Shown: positions 48,631-58,836 of the stretch, piece after piece
Numbering within the stretch: the stretch's first letter is position 1
Layout: each line of letters opens with the position of its first letter
NCBI GenBank assembly: GCA_020696345.1
Contig: JAEHCK010000002.1
Location: 6,057-70,056, forward strand
Direction: 5' to 3'
Length of the DNA stretch: 64,000 nucleotides
From: Thermoplasmata archaeon
GTDB taxonomy: Archaea > Thermoplasmatota > Penumbrarchaeia > JAEHCK01
Program-made: the position numbers and the translations under genes
Notes under the pieces: generated by a model
Told to the model about the DNA's origin: nothing
The model's input: only the letters and a program-made list of their open reading frames with translations
Databases searched by the model: none

Positions 48631-51600
48631 ATGAGTAAGATTGGAAAAAAAATGTTTTTTAGTTTGAAGATCTTGATTACAGCTTTGATCTTGTTGGTCC
48701 CGGTCGGGCTAACACTGGCAATGACCGCACACCATGAAAATGTTGTTGAAGATGGTCAATTGCCCTTTGCAGGCGAGACAAAAGAACTCGGCTTTGAGCC
48801 TATGGAGGTCGTGTCTATGCGCACCGAATTATCCAAGACATTCGATAACGGCGACGGTAGTTATAAAGCGGTGCTCTATCTCGATCCGATCCATTATCCG
48901 GACGGTTTCGGAAATTGGTTGGATATAGATGATTCAAAACCATTGCTAGGCTCACGATCACGAGACATTGGAAGTTTGATCACTTCAAAGGATACCATGA
49001 TCTCAACTTCGTTTGGCCAAGGTGGGAATGAAAATTTGAACATCGGTGCAGATCTAGATCTTAAATTGTCACATGATGTCAGCACTTCATCGGGTTTTTA
49101 TCCATTTAGGATTCTATTAAAATACGATATTGATTCACTTTCTATACCTTCAGGTGCAGAGATCAAAAGTGGTGATATAAAAATATATTATTATCAATCC
49201 GAAGGCACCGCTGGCGACCCAGGAGTTTCCACACCATTGTCAATAACGGGATATCCTATAACAAGAGATTGGGTTGAAGGTACTGGAACCTGGGCTGCTG
49301 GTACAACCGATGGTGCAACCTGGAACACTTATGATGGAGCAACTGCCTGGACATCAGGGGGTGGCGATTATTCCTCTACTTACACAGGCTCAGGTTCAAC
49401 ACCTTCAGCATATGGTTGGACTACAATTAATATTAAAAACATTGTCAAGGCATGGGTTGATGGTTCTATCTCTAATTATGGTGCAATTTTAATAGGTGCG
49501 ACCAGCCATGAGTTTCTGAAAACGTTTAGAAGTTCAAATTACGGCACATCCAGCGACAGACCTAAATTGGAAATCGACTATGTCTCAAATTATCCACCCA
49601 CTATAAATAAACCCATATTGGACTTAAAATTGGATGAGGATCAGCCAACCGAATATATTGAACTTAATGGTAATTTAAAACCATTAACCGGACTATTCAA
49701 GGATACAATTGGCGAGGTTTTATCATTCTATGTCTGGACTGGCGCTATATGGGTCGGCAGCACCGGTGGCGCTTACGAGAGTAATATTTTAACGGCTAGC
49801 ATTATTGGCGAAAACGATACTTTAGAGATAAAATTAAAGGCAAATAAATATGGTACAGATACTATCAAGGTAAATGCAACGGATTCGGAATTTGCTTCCA
49901 AAGAATATGAGATCCCTGTTACGGTTAAACCCATCAACGACCCGCCAAAGATCAATAAGACAACCGATTGGAAATATGATGAACCCGAACCGACCATCGT
50001 ACCCGGAAAGATAACCTGCAAAGAGGACCAATGGTCGAACTTTACTGTTACGGCCCGTGATATCTTAGAACCGGCCGATAATAAGAAATTGATCTACAGT
50101 TGTAATAACACAGACAGTTATGCCGCCTTCTTTGAGATCGAAAGCAGTACTGGTAAGGTTTCGTTCAAACCAACCGATCTTAATGTGGGTGTCTATTACC
50201 TTAAAATAATTGTGGATGATACGAACAGTGTGAATAACATAGGTAATTTACCATTCACGCTCGAGGTTGAAAACGTTAATGATCGGCCGTTCATCCAGTA
50301 TGTATCGGATCAAGAATTAACACCTGATGATGAATCAGTTCAATTAAGAACTACAGCCATAGAGGACGAAGAGTTCATATTCTTCGTAAGTGCCTGGGAT
50401 GAGGATTTCGATCTTGATGATAGTGAAGAAGATCTATCATTTTCCATACAACCTAGTACATTTCAGATCCAGAAAGATATTGGTTATTTGGCGAGTGCTA
50501 CAGTCAGATTTACCCCATCAAATGACGATGTTGGAACCGCAAGCGCTTATATAACTGTCACCGACCTAGAGCAAGCAGACAGTATTCTTGAAATTCAGGT
50601 CATTGTAGTCAATCAAAATGATAAACCGGAATTCACCAGATTCTATTACAAGACCTCGGAGAAACCCATACAATCACAGCTTTTTGACCTTGAGAAACTT
50701 GGTGCGGGTTATAAAGGAGCAGAATATGAGCCATATGTATTTAAGATCGAGGCAACCGATGTAGATATTGATGATGAGTTGGAGTTCTCGGTTGGTATTG
50801 AGGGTAGAGGTCTGATTACTAGTAACTTGATGCATAAGATCGATGATGTAACCAACAACCCGAATATGAAGCAGATAACAATTACCCCTGACCGCCAGGC
50901 CGGACGCGAGGGTACAATTGGTGTCAATGTATCTGTGAAAGATCTATCAGATGCAGAAGAATATGTTGTAATACAGATACCGATCGATAATATCAATGAT
51001 GCACCAGAACAATCGACCATCGTTGCAGATATAACCGATTCTGATAAATCTACGCCACGCCTCAAAGAAAATTTATCTGTAGTATTTGAGGCAAACTACT
51101 CGATGGACATCAAACACCCCGACCCGGACGGGACCAGTAAGTACGACTTGGAATATGAATGGGATTTCGGTGATGGCAGTAATGGTGATACTGGTATAGA
51201 TGTGGTACATAAATTCCCAGATAGCGGGAAATATATTATTACACTGACAGTAACCGACCCTGAGGGATTATCAAATGTAACCACAAAATCGATCGAGGTC
51301 ACCAAACCCAAAGATAGCGGTGGTGATGACAGTTCAAGTAAAGGTTCAGTGGGTGGTATGCCGATATGGATAATCATCGTTATTGTTGTAGTGATAGTAG
51401 TGCTACTTGTAGTTCTGTTCTTTATGAAGAACCAGAAAAAGAAGAAAGCTGAGGCTGAAGCTGCCCAGGCCCAAGCAGCACAACAGGCACAGGTGGCTCA
51501 ATACGGTTATGGTTATCCAATGGCCGCAGGTTATTATCAGGACCCTGCTATGATGGCGCAATACCAAGCAATGCAGCAGCAACAACAACAGCAACAAATG

Positions 51601-52167
51601 ATGATGCAGCAATATCCTGAACAATATCAGCAGATGATGGCCCAACAGCAGGCCGGTTACGGAGATACTACAGGCATGGGTATGGGCATGGGTACAGGTG
51701 TAGAGGGTTATGGTTATGATCAGGCCCAAGCCCAAGGCCAGATGCAAACACAAACAGAACCATTGCAGCAAGCAGCCATGGCCGAGGGACAGCTTGACGG
51801 CCAGACAGGACAATTGCCGTTAGTTGCTGAACAGCCGCAAATGCTGCCGCCCGCTACGGCAGCTGAAGAAGAACCGGTTGTCCCTGAATCACCATTTGCA
51901 GAAGCTCAGTCACAGACATTAGAAGAAGAAATTGGTAAGGATGCAGCCGTTGCCGAAATACCTATTGAGCCAGTAAAAGAGGAAAGTGAACCTGCCGCAC
52001 CAACTACACCCGCAGCACCCACAACTGACGCTGATACTACTACTGATGCCGCAGCTCCTGATGATGAACAACCTGCACAACCCGACGAAAAGAAATGCCA
52101 GAACTGTGGCACAGCCACGAAAGATGGCTGGTTCCTATGCCCGAATTGTAAAAAACCATTAATGTAA
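48631..52167 (+). CDS. Type I membrane surface protein: DNRLRE-like domain, cadherin-like repeats, PKD, TM, Gln-rich/acidic tail, C-terminal zinc ribbon
   Basis: KDTMIS..RILLKYD..WVEG..GATWN..RPKLEIDY; PINDPP/NVNDRP/NQNDKP/NINDAP linkers; WDFGDG; TM; poly-Q; CQNC...CPNC. Confidence 0.88.
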   Translation: MSKIGKKMFFSLKILITALILLVPVGLTLAMTAHHENVVEDGQLPFAGETKELGFEPMEVVSMRTELSKTFDNGDGSYKAVLYLDPIHYPDGFGNWLDIDDSKPLLGSRSRDIGSLITSKDTMISTSFGQGGNENLNIGADLDLKLSHDVSTSSGFYPFRILLKYDIDSLSIPSGAEIKSGDIKIYYYQSEGTAGDPGVSTPLSITGYPITRDWVEGTGTWAAGTTDGATWNTYDGATAWTSGGGDYSSTYTGSGSTPSAYGWTTINIKNIVKAWVDGSISNYGAILIGATSHEFLKTFRSSNYGTSSDRPKLEIDYVSNYPPTINKPILDLKLDEDQPTEYIELNGNLKPLTGLFKDTIGEVLSFYVWTGAIWVGSTGGAYESNILTASIIGENDTLEIKLKANKYGTDTIKVNATDSEFASKEYEIPVTVKPINDPPKINKTTDWKYDEPEPTIVPGKITCKEDQWSNFTVTARDILEPADNKKLIYSCNNTDSYAAFFEIESSTGKVSFKPTDLNVGVYYLKIIVDDTNSVNNIGNLPFTLEVENVNDRPFIQYVSDQELTPDDESVQLRTTAIEDEEFIFFVSAWDEDFDLDDSEEDLSFSIQPSTFQIQKDIGYLASATVRFTPSNDDVGTASAYITVTDLEQADSILEIQVIVVNQNDKPEFTRFYYKTSEKPIQSQLFDLEKLGAGYKGAEYEPYVFKIEATDVDIDDELEFSVGIEGRGLITSNLMHKIDDVTNNPNMKQITITPDRQAGREGTIGVNVSVKDLSDAEEYVVIQIPIDNINDAPEQSTIVADITDSDKSTPRLKENLSVVFEANYSMDIKHPDPDGTSKYDLEYEWDFGDGSNGDTGIDVVHKFPDSGKYIITLTVTDPEGLSNVTTKSIEVTKPKDSGGDDSSSKGSVGGMPIWIIIVIVVVIVVLLVVLFFMKNQKKKKAEAEAAQAQAAQQAQVAQYGYGYPMAAGYYQDPAMMAQYQAMQQQQQQQQMMMQQYPEQYQQMMAQQQAGYGDTTGMGMGMGTGVEGYGYDQAQAQGQMQTQTEPLQQAAMAEGQLDGQTGQLPLVAEQPQMLPPATAAEEEPVVPESPFAEAQSQTLEEEIGKDAAVAEIPIEPVKEESEPAAPTTPAAPTTDADTTTDAAAPDDEQPAQPDEKKCQNCGTATKDGWFLCPNCKKPLM

Positions 52168-52175
52168 TATTCATT

Positions 52176-53282
52176 TCACCTGCGTATCACGATAGTAATT
52201 ACATCATGGTCCATGAGTATATGGTCTAATCCAACCACCTGGCCGGGAAATTTTGCACTTTTACCCCAGATCAGAGAATATCTAAACTTTTTTCTGAAGT
52301 CCCGATGCAGGATCTCACATATCATGCCAACCGTTGAATTACTTTTAACGACCATTGGTTCTTTAAAATCAGTTTTTTCACCTTGGGGACGCATATACAG
52401 CCGGATAAAATTTAATGAATCATAAATGGTTTTTTTAAGTTTCTGAAGTTCTTTGTTTCTCTCTGCCGAGATGAATACTACTTTGAAACCTTTGATATTA
52501 TCTATGATCTTTTTGCTCTCCGCTTTACTGATCAGGTCAGACTTATTAATTGCAACGATTGCGGGCAAATATATCTTGTTACCGGACATGAAATCTATGA
52601 CCTGATCGTCGGTAATATTCTCTCGTATTACAATATCAGCATTGATCAACCCATATGAACTCATTATTGATTTTATGATATCTTCATTGGTTTTGGTTAA
52701 TTTAACGGTGGTGTTCACATTCAATCCACCGCGGTCATGCTTGGAAATCGTAATGTCCGGTGGTTGTTGATTAAGTCTAAAACCAGCCTTATATAGCTCG
52801 TTGACCAGTGTGTCCAGGTTATAACTGAACACGTCCAGCATTAATAGTATCAGGTCGGCTGACCGTGCAGCAGAGATAACTTCTCTGCCTCTACCTTTAC
52901 CTTTAGAGGCACCCTTGATCAGCCCGGGCATATCAAGAATTTGGATCTTTGCGCCTTTGTATTCCATGATCCCAGGGATGATGCTTAATGTTGTGAACCT
53001 GTACTCGGCAACATCACTTTCAGCATCAGTTATTTTATTTAATAATGTTGATTTGCCAACACTTGGATATCCTACGATCGCAAGTGTAGCGTTCCCTGAT
53101 TTGCGGACAGAATAACCTTTACCTCCTCCGGCACCGCGCTGTACTTTGCGTTTCTCTAGTTCATCACGGAACCGCGCCAATTTGGCCTTGAGTTTACCAA
53201 TATGATGCTGAGTGGCCTTATTGTATGGGGTATTTTTTATCTCTTCTTCGATCTCTATGATCTGTTCCTCGATCGTTGACAT
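52176..53282 (-). CDS. DRG/Rbg1-type OBG-family GTPase with TGS domain
   Basis: YNKATQHHIGKLKAKLA, GYPSVGKS, YRFTT, DMPG, NKSD, WGKSAKFPGQ. Confidence 0.95.
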   Translation of the reverse strand: MSTIEEQIIEIEEEIKNTPYNKATQHHIGKLKAKLARFRDELEKRKVQRGAGGGKGYSVRKSGNATLAIVGYPSVGKSTLLNKITDAESDVAEYRFTTLSIIPGIMEYKGAKIQILDMPGLIKGASKGKGRGREVISAARSADLILLMLDVFSYNLDTLVNELYKAGFRLNQQPPDITISKHDRGGLNVNTTVKLTKTNEDIIKSIMSSYGLINADIVIRENITDDQVIDFMSGNKIYLPAIVAINKSDLISKAESKKIIDNIKGFKVVFISAERNKELQKLKKTIYDSLNFIRLYMRPQGEKTDFKEPMVVKSNSTVGMICEILHRDFRKKFRYSLIWGKSAKFPGQVVGLDHILMDHDVITIVIRR

Positions 53283-53400
53283 AAAACCACAGATTCTAAC
53301 ATTATTATTTCTATACCTAATACTATGATTAATTATTAATTAATTTGGCTCTTCTCGAGAATTTGTGCTGCTTTGCTGTATTAACATAGGTATGAGATGA

Positions 53401-53500
53401 GAGTACACTCATCACTAGGGATGTGGGATGTGGAACGATGTTTGTTTGATTCAAAGTGTGGGATTAGGGTAGATAAAATATTGCTCTGCTCGCTTGAGGT
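53401..53500. repeat. Dispersed 100-nt element, copy B
   Basis: 96/100 identical to 39527..39626. Confidence 0.9.
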
Positions 53501-53739
53501 TAGAGAGGAAAATATAAACCCAAAATCAAAAATCCCAAGCTCAAAGAAAATTTTTCATTAATTAATTCGCTGGCGGAATGAAAATCTTCCAGCCCAAAGA
53601 TTGCGAAAAATATTTTATAATTTTGTCCACAATATTAGGGCAAAGAAAATCCCAAAGCCAAAATCCAAAGTTTGGGGTTTTCTGTTTTAGTTTTTAGGTT
53701 AATTCTTCATTTTTCATTCTTCAATTCTTATTCACAATC

Positions 53740-53800
53740 CAACATCCCAACAATGAAGCGATACGTACAACATCCCAATAATGAATTGTAACGTCCAAAC
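53740..53800. repeat. Two more units of the 28-nt aacatccca repeat family
   Basis: caacatcccaacaatgaagcgatacgta / caacatcccaataatgaattgtaacgtc; same family as 20673-20790. Confidence 0.75.
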
Positions 53801-53930
53801 CTTAATACATCGTTTTTCCTTAAAGACCCATCAAAAGCACAAGTTATTGGGTTAGAAATAAATAATATGTTTTCATTTAATGGAAGTGAAACTTATGATC
53901 TATGATCACTTTTACAATAGGTGACGATAA

Positions 53931-55508
53931 ATGAAATTCAACTTGACCGGAAGAATTGTATTGAACAAGAGCCCGGAGCCGAACTTACCCGGGCTGCAGA
54001 AGGATCTGGCCGATTTTTTTTCAGAGGCCAATGAAATGATCTTGACCAAGGGCGCCCCTGAGGGTAAGGGTGCGGCGGTAACTGATTGGACGTTAAAGGA
54101 TGATAATATCCTGGTCACGATCATGTCCGGTCGTTATGTGCGCGCCCATGATGCGCTATTACGGTTGAAAAAGCATCTGGGCATTAAATTTGGCAAGAAA
54201 TATCAATTGGGCGCCCGAAGTGTGGTTGCGGATAATTACGATATTGAATTCGCTATTGACCGGCCACCGCTTGCGGAGATCAAGGTGCCATTCGTGCAGA
54301 CGATCAAGTTGGATGGAGCAGATCTAACCTGTAATATCAGCTTTGAAAATTTATCGGAAGAGTTCTTACGGCAGAACTATATAGATCGAATAATAAAATT
54401 AGTGAATCACAAGATCGCAGACCAATATTATGCTGGCAAGTCCGAGCAATGGGAGGTAATGTGGTCGTCTGTTGAGCGAGACCATGTCTGGTCAAAGGAC
54501 CCCACCGATGAGATGCAGCGACTTGGTTGGCTCAAACAGGGGCCGACCAAAGGCAAATGGTTCTACAGGCCGCAGTTAACTGCTATCTTGCGCGCCATGG
54601 AGCAACTTGCCCTTGACCACGTGCTGTATCCGCTTGGCTTCCAGGAGGTTATACAGTCACACTTAGTGCCTTTTGATATCTGGCTGAAGACCGGTCATAT
54701 TGCCGGCACGCCGAATGAATTCTACTATGTGTCCGAACCATTGACACGCGATGTAGACGCCTGGGAAAGTTTTAGAGATACGATATATGTGACCAACCAG
54801 GTGCCGAGTGATAAGTTGAAAGAATTGATCACGGTTCCCAGCATGGGAATTTGTTATGCCCAGTGCCCGGGAATATACTGGTCGTTCCAGGGTTCGGTGA
54901 TAGCGGAGGACTCGCTGCCCGTTCTTATTTTCGACCGTGCCGCCAATTCTAACCGGTATGAATCGGGCGGGCGTCATGGCATCGAGCGTGTGGACGAGTT
55001 TCACCGGCTCGAGCCGATATATATCGGTCACCCCGAGCAGTTGATCGAGCTTCGCGAGAAGTTGATCGAGAGATACAAATATGTGTTCAACGAAATTTTG
55101 GAACTGGAATGGCGCATGGCCTGGGTTACACCGTGGTACCTGGAGCAATCTGGCCAGGTGTCGGAAGTTTCAAAAGAAGAAAATGGAAAAGTTAATGGTA
55201 ATGACAAGAACAAGGATAGTGTCAAGCTCAAGGGAACCATCGATTTCGAGGCATATTTGCCGTATCGCGGGACCCGTGAAGAGAGTGAATGGCTGGAGTA
55301 TCAGAATTTGAGCATAATCGGCGATAAATTCATAGATTCATTCAATATCAAAACCCAGCGAGGCGATCTTTGGTCAGGGTGTTCGGGGATCGGCCTTGAA
55401 CGATGGGCGGCTGTGTTTCTTGCGCAAAAGGGGTTGGACCCGGTAAACTGGCCTGATAAGTTCAGGGATGTGCTGGGTGAGCTGCCGGTTGGATATAGAA
55501 CATTATGA
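53931..55508 (+). CDS. serS: Seryl-tRNA synthetase, methanogen (type 2) form
   Basis: N-domain LTKGAP...SGRYVRAHDALLR; YAQCP; RYESGGRHGIERVDEFHRLE; WSGCSGIGLERW with the Zn-ligand Cys/Glu/Cys pattern. Confidence 0.93.
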   Translation: MKFNLTGRIVLNKSPEPNLPGLQKDLADFFSEANEMILTKGAPEGKGAAVTDWTLKDDNILVTIMSGRYVRAHDALLRLKKHLGIKFGKKYQLGARSVVADNYDIEFAIDRPPLAEIKVPFVQTIKLDGADLTCNISFENLSEEFLRQNYIDRIIKLVNHKIADQYYAGKSEQWEVMWSSVERDHVWSKDPTDEMQRLGWLKQGPTKGKWFYRPQLTAILRAMEQLALDHVLYPLGFQEVIQSHLVPFDIWLKTGHIAGTPNEFYYVSEPLTRDVDAWESFRDTIYVTNQVPSDKLKELITVPSMGICYAQCPGIYWSFQGSVIAEDSLPVLIFDRAANSNRYESGGRHGIERVDEFHRLEPIYIGHPEQLIELREKLIERYKYVFNEILELEWRMAWVTPWYLEQSGQVSEVSKEENGKVNGNDKNKDSVKLKGTIDFEAYLPYRGTREESEWLEYQNLSIIGDKFIDSFNIKTQRGDLWSGCSGIGLERWAAVFLAQKGLDPVNWPDKFRDVLGELPVGYRTL

Positions 55509-55658
55509 GAACTTATTAGTGATCGTAGGTGTATTGATCAATTGAGAATGGGATGATAATTTGTTGAGTTAAAGTAGGGTTGATAATTTGATGAATTGAT
55601 GAAGGTTTGATCCAGAAACCGATATCCCATTAAATTATCAAGAAATCGACATCCCATA

Positions 55659-56351
55659 TTAGAGATTTCCCTTTATCATTTCTGGGTCCAACAACAATTT
55701 CCAGGCAGGTATTAAAACTATACTACCATGCTCTACTTGTATTGTCTCTTCACGGTTCTTAGTGATAACAAACCCTTTTCTGACATTGAACTTCATCATG
55801 AATTCTGTTACACCTTTCAGATCGGATCTTATTATTTTCTCCTGATATTTAACTTCCACGGGGATTTTCTCGACAACCGCGTCCACTTCCCTCCTGTTTC
55901 TCCAGAAAGCCTCCGCATCCAAGACATTTATCACTGCGTTCTTAACCATTCGTCCTAAAAACGAATCGTCGATTGTAGGTTTGAAGGCAGAGATTATCCC
56001 AGTATCCAAAAGATATGCACGCTTGGTTTTTCTTAAGGTTGCAGTACCTCGTCTATAGTTACCCAGAAGTCTTATCAAAAAACTCTCCTTCAACCACATA
56101 ATATACTGTTGTATGGTTCTTCTATCCATATCAAATTGCTGTGCTAGTGATTGGTAATTCAAGTACATACCAGGATTTATTGCTATAGCTTCAAGTAATC
56201 GATGGAGCTTTATTGAATCATCCAATTCAACTTCCAGTTTTGGATAGAAAAACTCATCTTCATAATCCCGGTGCGCTATCAATTCATTTCTGAATTCAAC
56301 CACTTTTTCATTTATATTCTCATCATTTAAATAACTATTTTCACGTCCCAA
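55659..56351 (-). pseudogene. C-terminal DUF4143 fragment of an AAA+ ATPase with an unrelated N-terminal piece
   Basis: KRAYLLDTG, REVD...PVEVKY present; no Walker A/B. Confidence 0.65.
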
Positions 56352-56838
56352 TATGCATCATGGGCCAGTAATCATCATATTCTTCGAATTTTTCCACATT
56401 TTCTTTCTCGATCTCCAGAAGTTTGTAATGGCCCAATTCCATAGTGGCGAAAAGCTCGAGAGTCTTTATTAGATCATCATCATCATCATGGATCTGCCGG
56501 GCAAAAACCGTATAAAAATCGCGCGCTGCCATTTCTGCCGCCATTGCACTTGCCAAAACCTCACTCAACGGCACACTTTCCGAGGGCAACTGTATTGACG
56601 GTAGAGGTACGATCGACTTTTCGGGTATTTCGAGGTCTTTTTCAGGCAAGCGTTTATTCATCACTTCCTCAAGATATGCCTTATGCTTCTGCTCTTCTCC
56701 TGCAAGAAACTTCAATTTATCTTTTAAAAACGCGTTCTTAACAGTGTCTGCCAGCTTAGAATAGACACTAAAGCTGTCCATCTCGGCACGAATTGCACTG
56801 AGAAATAACTCCTCAATTGTAAATTCTCCTAATTCCAT
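56341..56838 (-). CDS. Ferritin-like / rubrerythrin diiron-domain protein
   Basis: AIRAE..Y, LAGEEQKH, AMAAE..ARDFY, MELGH; start MELGEF after GGTGA. Confidence 0.88.
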   Translation of the reverse strand: MELGEFTIEELFLSAIRAEMDSFSVYSKLADTVKNAFLKDKLKFLAGEEQKHKAYLEEVMNKRLPEKDLEIPEKSIVPLPSIQLPSESVPLSEVLASAMAAEMAARDFYTVFARQIHDDDDDLIKTLELFATMELGHYKLLEIEKENVEKFEEYDDYWPMMHIGT

Positions 56839-56940
56839 TATATCACCAATTAATCTTACATTTTTTTTTAAATCCATCAATTCTTGATTATTTTTAATAT
56901 CTTTTAAAATTCCATTACCCATTGTTGGTTTTGGCTTTAA

Positions 56941-57106
56941 AGTGTGTGGGTTAAGTGTGTGTGAGTTAAATCCTGAGTTAGGTATTCGGAATCATGGTGT
57001 TGAATTATCGATAGACTTAAAGATCAATAAACTGCCAAACTAGCACCTAATACCTATTTCCCGGACTCCGCCTCGAATCCGGACTCTCGACACTTGACTC
57101 TCGACT
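56941..57106. repeat. Periodic inverted-arm element(s)
   Basis: agtgtgtgggtta agtgtgtgtgagtta; taggtatt pairs with aataccta; gactctc gacactt gactctc gact runs into the rubrerythrin stop. Confidence 0.6.
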
Positions 57107-57681
57107 CAATAAGTTTCCTGGAACACTTCGAAGTATGCTGTTGGATGCGCGCATGCGGGGCATAGTCCGGGCGGTTCGGTGCCTTCGTGTATATGTCCGC
57201 AGTTGCGGCATTTCCATTGCACTGGTGCGTCTTTTTTGAATACCTTACCACTTCTTACATTTGCAAGTAATTTCCTGTACCGAGTTTCGTGTTTTTCTTC
57301 TACCTTTGCGATATTTCTGAACAGTGCAGCTGCCTCGGCCAAACCCTCTTGCTCTGCAACATCGCCCGCATCTTTATAGATCGCACTCCATTCCATGTGC
57401 TCGCCCGCGGCCGATGCCTCGAGGTTTGCGGCTGTGTCGCCGATCACACCAGCAGGATATCCTGCCGTAATTTCGACATCGCCGCCTTCGAGCAATTTGA
57501 AAAACAGTTTGGCATGTTCTTTCTCGTTCTCTGCGGTTTCCAAAAAGATCGCGGATATCTGCTCATAGCCTTCTTTCTTTGCCTGCTTGGCAAAAAAAGT
57601 ATACCTGTTCCTTGCCTGCGACTCGCCGGCAAATGACGCTAATAAATTCTTCTCTGTTTGTGTTCCTTTTACACTTGCCAT
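57106..57681 (-). CDS. rbr: Rubrerythrin
   Basis: FAGESQARNRY, ENEKEHA, GEHME, VEEKH, WKCRNCG..CPACAHP. Confidence 0.96.
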   Translation of the reverse strand: MASVKGTQTEKNLLASFAGESQARNRYTFFAKQAKKEGYEQISAIFLETAENEKEHAKLFFKLLEGGDVEITAGYPAGVIGDTAANLEASAAGEHMEWSAIYKDAGDVAEQEGLAEAAALFRNIAKVEEKHETRYRKLLANVRSGKVFKKDAPVQWKCRNCGHIHEGTEPPGLCPACAHPTAYFEVFQETY

Positions 57682-57750
57682 ATAATTTCCTCCTACTTTT
57701 GCTGTATTTTATTTCAATTAATTATTGTTCATTGATCGTGAATAATGAAT

Positions 57751-57873
57751 TAGGTCTGCGGGGTGAGTACGGTTGCTGCGCAACCTTGAGGTGTGAAGTT
57801 TATCCTATTTGCCCTTGAACTCTCCTCAAACCTCAAGCGAGGGAACCGAGCGTACGCACATCTCACACTTAGC
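57751..57873. repeat. Palindromic element of the gagtac...cttgagg family
   Basis: gagtacggttgctgcgcaaccttgagg on the left; inverted cctcaagcgagggaaccgagcgtacgc on the right. Related to 39527, 41381 and 53401. Confidence 0.7.
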
Positions 57874-57883
57874 TCAGTAATAA

Positions 57884-58405
57884 TTAATTAGAGCTTTTTA
57901 CCGGAAATGTGAACAGCGGTATGCGCGATCCCAGTTCATTATCGAGCATAAACAACCCATTACCGGCATCACCCGATAGTTTTAGCTTTTGCAGCGCCCC
58001 ACTGGCTGATGCTTCTTCTTCCACCTGCTCTTTGACAAACCATTGTAAGAAGTTATTTGTCGCATGGTCCTTTTCTTCAACTGCAAGGTTCACAAGCTCG
58101 TTGATCAAACCGGTTACCTTAATCTCATGTTGATATGTGTGCTCCAACGGTGCATTGGGCGATTCCCAATCGGTTGGCGGGCCCTCGATGGGCTTGAGCG
58201 TTACACGCCCGCCCCGCTCGTTAATAAAGTCATAGAATTTCATTGCATGGAATAGCTCTTCTTGTGCCTGGATACGCATCCAATGCGCAAACCCTGCCAG
58301 GTTTGCTGAGTGGTAATACGCAGCCATGGAGAGATACAGGTATGATGAATAAAGCTCAGCATTGAACTGTGCGTTCAAGGCTTCTTCTATTTTGTCGTTT
58401 AACAT
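57884..58405 (-). CDS. ftnA: Non-heme ferritin
   Basis: [43 protein letters not shown]. Confidence 0.95.
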   Translation of the reverse strand: MLNDKIEEALNAQFNAELYSSYLYLSMAAYYHSANLAGFAHWMRIQAQEELFHAMKFYDFINERGGRVTLKPIEGPPTDWESPNAPLEHTYQHEIKVTGLINELVNLAVEEKDHATNNFLQWFVKEQVEEEASASGALQKLKLSGDAGNGLFMLDNELGSRIPLFTFPVKSSN

Positions 58406-58434
58406 TTGGTCAACACCTCTGTAAAATTAACGGT

Positions 58435-58809
58435 TTATTTCTTCCATAGGCCATGAAGTGTACAATGTTCGCGTGCAGTCGCGCGATCATCCATCCCAGG
58501 AAACTCTGCCTCTGGCGCATCACCTGGTTTCAAGAACTTTCTTGAGATGTTATCCCCGGCTATGGCTTCGATAAGCTCGATGTAGTGTTCACCCTCCATT
58601 GGATGAGCTACCGATCCGACCTTAACAATAATGCCTGAATCGGTTTTTTCGATCACAGGTAGATGTTTCTCAAAGCCTGAATCCTCGATCTTGGGGTCCA
58701 ATAGTTGCATTGGCTGACCGCAGCAAACAAGTTCACCTGCACCGGTGTGCAGTACCTCTACCATATTTCCACAGATCTCGCATTTATATATTTCTAATTT
58801 TTCTGTCAT
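58435..58809 (-). CDS. dfx: Desulfoferrodoxin (superoxide reductase)
   Basis: YKCEICGN, LVCCGQPM, EKHLP, HPM..EHYI, CTLHGLW. Confidence 0.95.
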   Translation of the reverse strand: MTEKLEIYKCEICGNMVEVLHTGAGELVCCGQPMQLLDPKIEDSGFEKHLPVIEKTDSGIIVKVGSVAHPMEGEHYIELIEAIAGDNISRKFLKPGDAPEAEFPGMDDRATAREHCTLHGLWKK

Positions 58810-58836
58810 TCTTTCACCTTATTTATTTTTTGTTTT

